In this document: piece by piece, positions 30,933-32,000 of the stretch
Position numbering within the stretch: the stretch's first letter is position 1
Layout of the letters: every line of letters begins with the position of its first letter
Assembly (NCBI RefSeq): GCF_018389705.1
Contig: NZ_CP065581.1
Coordinates: 300,001 to 332,000 of the forward strand
Reading direction: 5' to 3'
DNA: 32,000 nt
From: Mycoplasma mycoides subsp. capri
GTDB taxonomy: Bacteria; Bacillota_I; Bacilli_A; Mycoplasmatales; Mycoplasmataceae
Program-made: the position numbers and the translations under genes
The notes under the pieces: model-generated
What the model was told of the DNA's origin: nothing
The model's database searches: none
What the model saw: only the letters and a program-made list of their open reading frames with translations

Positions 30933-31601
30933 TTATTTAAAGAAATCTTGACTTGCTAGTTTTTTAGTTTCAGCACTTGCTGCAAAAGGAATTCTAGTTG
31001 TGTAATGCATTTTAGCAGCAACTATCATTTTAGCTGGTCATTCATTAATTGAACGGTTTCATTGAAAAACAGTATCATTATAAAGATCTCTAGCTGCAGT
31101 AATTTCTTTTTGTAAGTATAAGTTTTGTTGTAAAGCTTGTTTAATTGATTCATGAGCTTTTAAATCAGGATAATTTTCAATTTGTAAATGTAATCCTCTA
31201 ATAGTTGTATCTAATTGAGATGCAACATCAGATCTATTTTCATCATTTACATTAATTCCAGATCTATAAGCTGCAACTGTTTTCATAACATCTTTATCTA
31301 GTTCGATTGATTTAGATAATAATGAAGCTAAATTTTGCATAACAACAGCTCTTTGATCTAAATAGTTATCAATTTGTGAAGCATTGTGTTGTACTTTTTG
31401 TTCTAGTTGAGCTAAATGATTTTTAGCCTTAATTTTTATAAATGTAAAAATAATTCCAGGAATAATTCCTAATATTCATAATAGTATTTCAAAAACTAAT
31501 GAACCTTTTCCAACAGTTATTGGAATTTGTTTGTTAATAACATTTACCTGTCTTCCTTGTTCTAAAATAGGGTCATTCATTTCATCTAATTGGTTTGCCA
31601 T
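30933..31601 (-). CDS. lemA: LemA family membrane protein (222 aa)
   Basis: ATG 31601-31599. One TM helix (SLVFEILLWILGIIPGIIF). LemA blocks: QIDNYLDQR, QLDTTIRGLHLQIENYPDLKA, ITAARDLYNDTVFQWN..INEWPA. Three internal TGA codons; stop TAA 30935-30933. Confidence 0.85.
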
Positions 31602-31603
31602 TT

Positions 31604-32000
31604 TTATATTTCCTGTTCTATTATTTCAACAGCACCATATTCTGTTAAAATATCATTTTCATTGTATTTAGCTTCTACTTCTTGATCTCATAACTCATTA
31701 TCAATAGGTGAATGCTTAAAAATTTTAATTTTTAGATTAGTAATTTTATCATATGCTATATATTCATCTCAAGGAACTGGAACATCATGATATCTTCCAT
31801 CTCCTCCTCAAACTGGAATATAATCAATTCTTGGTATAATATCAAATCCAATGGAAGTTGCTTGAACATAGTCAGTACCATCTTTTTTAGCAATTAATTG
31901 TGTTTTAATAATTGAATTAGTTTTAATGTTTGGGTGATCTAATAATTCTGATGGTATTGAATTAGCACAAACTTCATACTCATAATCAGTAAGAGTTAAA
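31604..32000 (-). CDS. Hypothetical protein, C-terminal ~132 codons (5' end outside window)
   Basis: Open frame from the window edge to TAA 31606-31604, 2 nt before the lemA ATG. Translation ...IGFDIIPRIDYIPVWGGDGRYHDVPVPWDEYIAYDK...EYGAVEIIEQEI. I do not recognise the family. Confidence 0.6.

Overview
This is a very AT-rich Mollicutes chromosome segment that uses genetic code 4 (UGA=Trp). By gene content and the tandem tRNA-Trp arrangement it looks like the Mycoplasma mycoides/capricolum cluster; that attribution is inference, not a database hit. The supplied ORF track used the standard code, so nearly every real gene appears as 2-5 fragments. Reading TGA as Trp fuses the fragments in frame, and I checked these joins codon by codon. 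Forward-strand order: leuS (3' part); two unknown membrane proteins; a small membrane protein; a four-gene agmatine deiminase cassette (putrescine carbamoyltransferase-like, APC antiporter, agmatine deiminase, carbamate kinase); tRNA-His; an operon of two unknown proteins plus acyl carrier protein and a Fur-family regulator; tandem tRNA-Trp(UCA)/tRNA-Trp(CCA); a YtpR-like tRNA-binding gene broken by a frameshift in an A8 run; pncB; tyrS; dnaE; polA; fpg; Bacillus-type dnaB; dnaI; gapA; pgk. Three reverse-strand islands carry an ABC-2 exporter pair, two tandem DegV genes, and a repeat-containing lipoprotein plus LemA and a partial unknown gene. I found no CRISPR array, IS element, prophage, integrase or recognisable defence island, and no convincing novel multi-gene system. 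The observations most worth follow-up are: (1) the A8 frameshift that splits the OB-fold of the YtpR-like gene; (2) a 16-nt poly(A) tract directly upstream of an extended -10 at the agmatine operon; (3) head-to-tail DnaA boxes and 12-bp direct repeats in the fpg 3' region upstream of dnaB/dnaI; (4) a lipoprotein with 27-bp tandem repeats and an (AAT)6 run; (5) an uncharacterised operon translationally coupled to acpP and fur. All product calls rest on motifs I recognised by eye, because no searches could be run.
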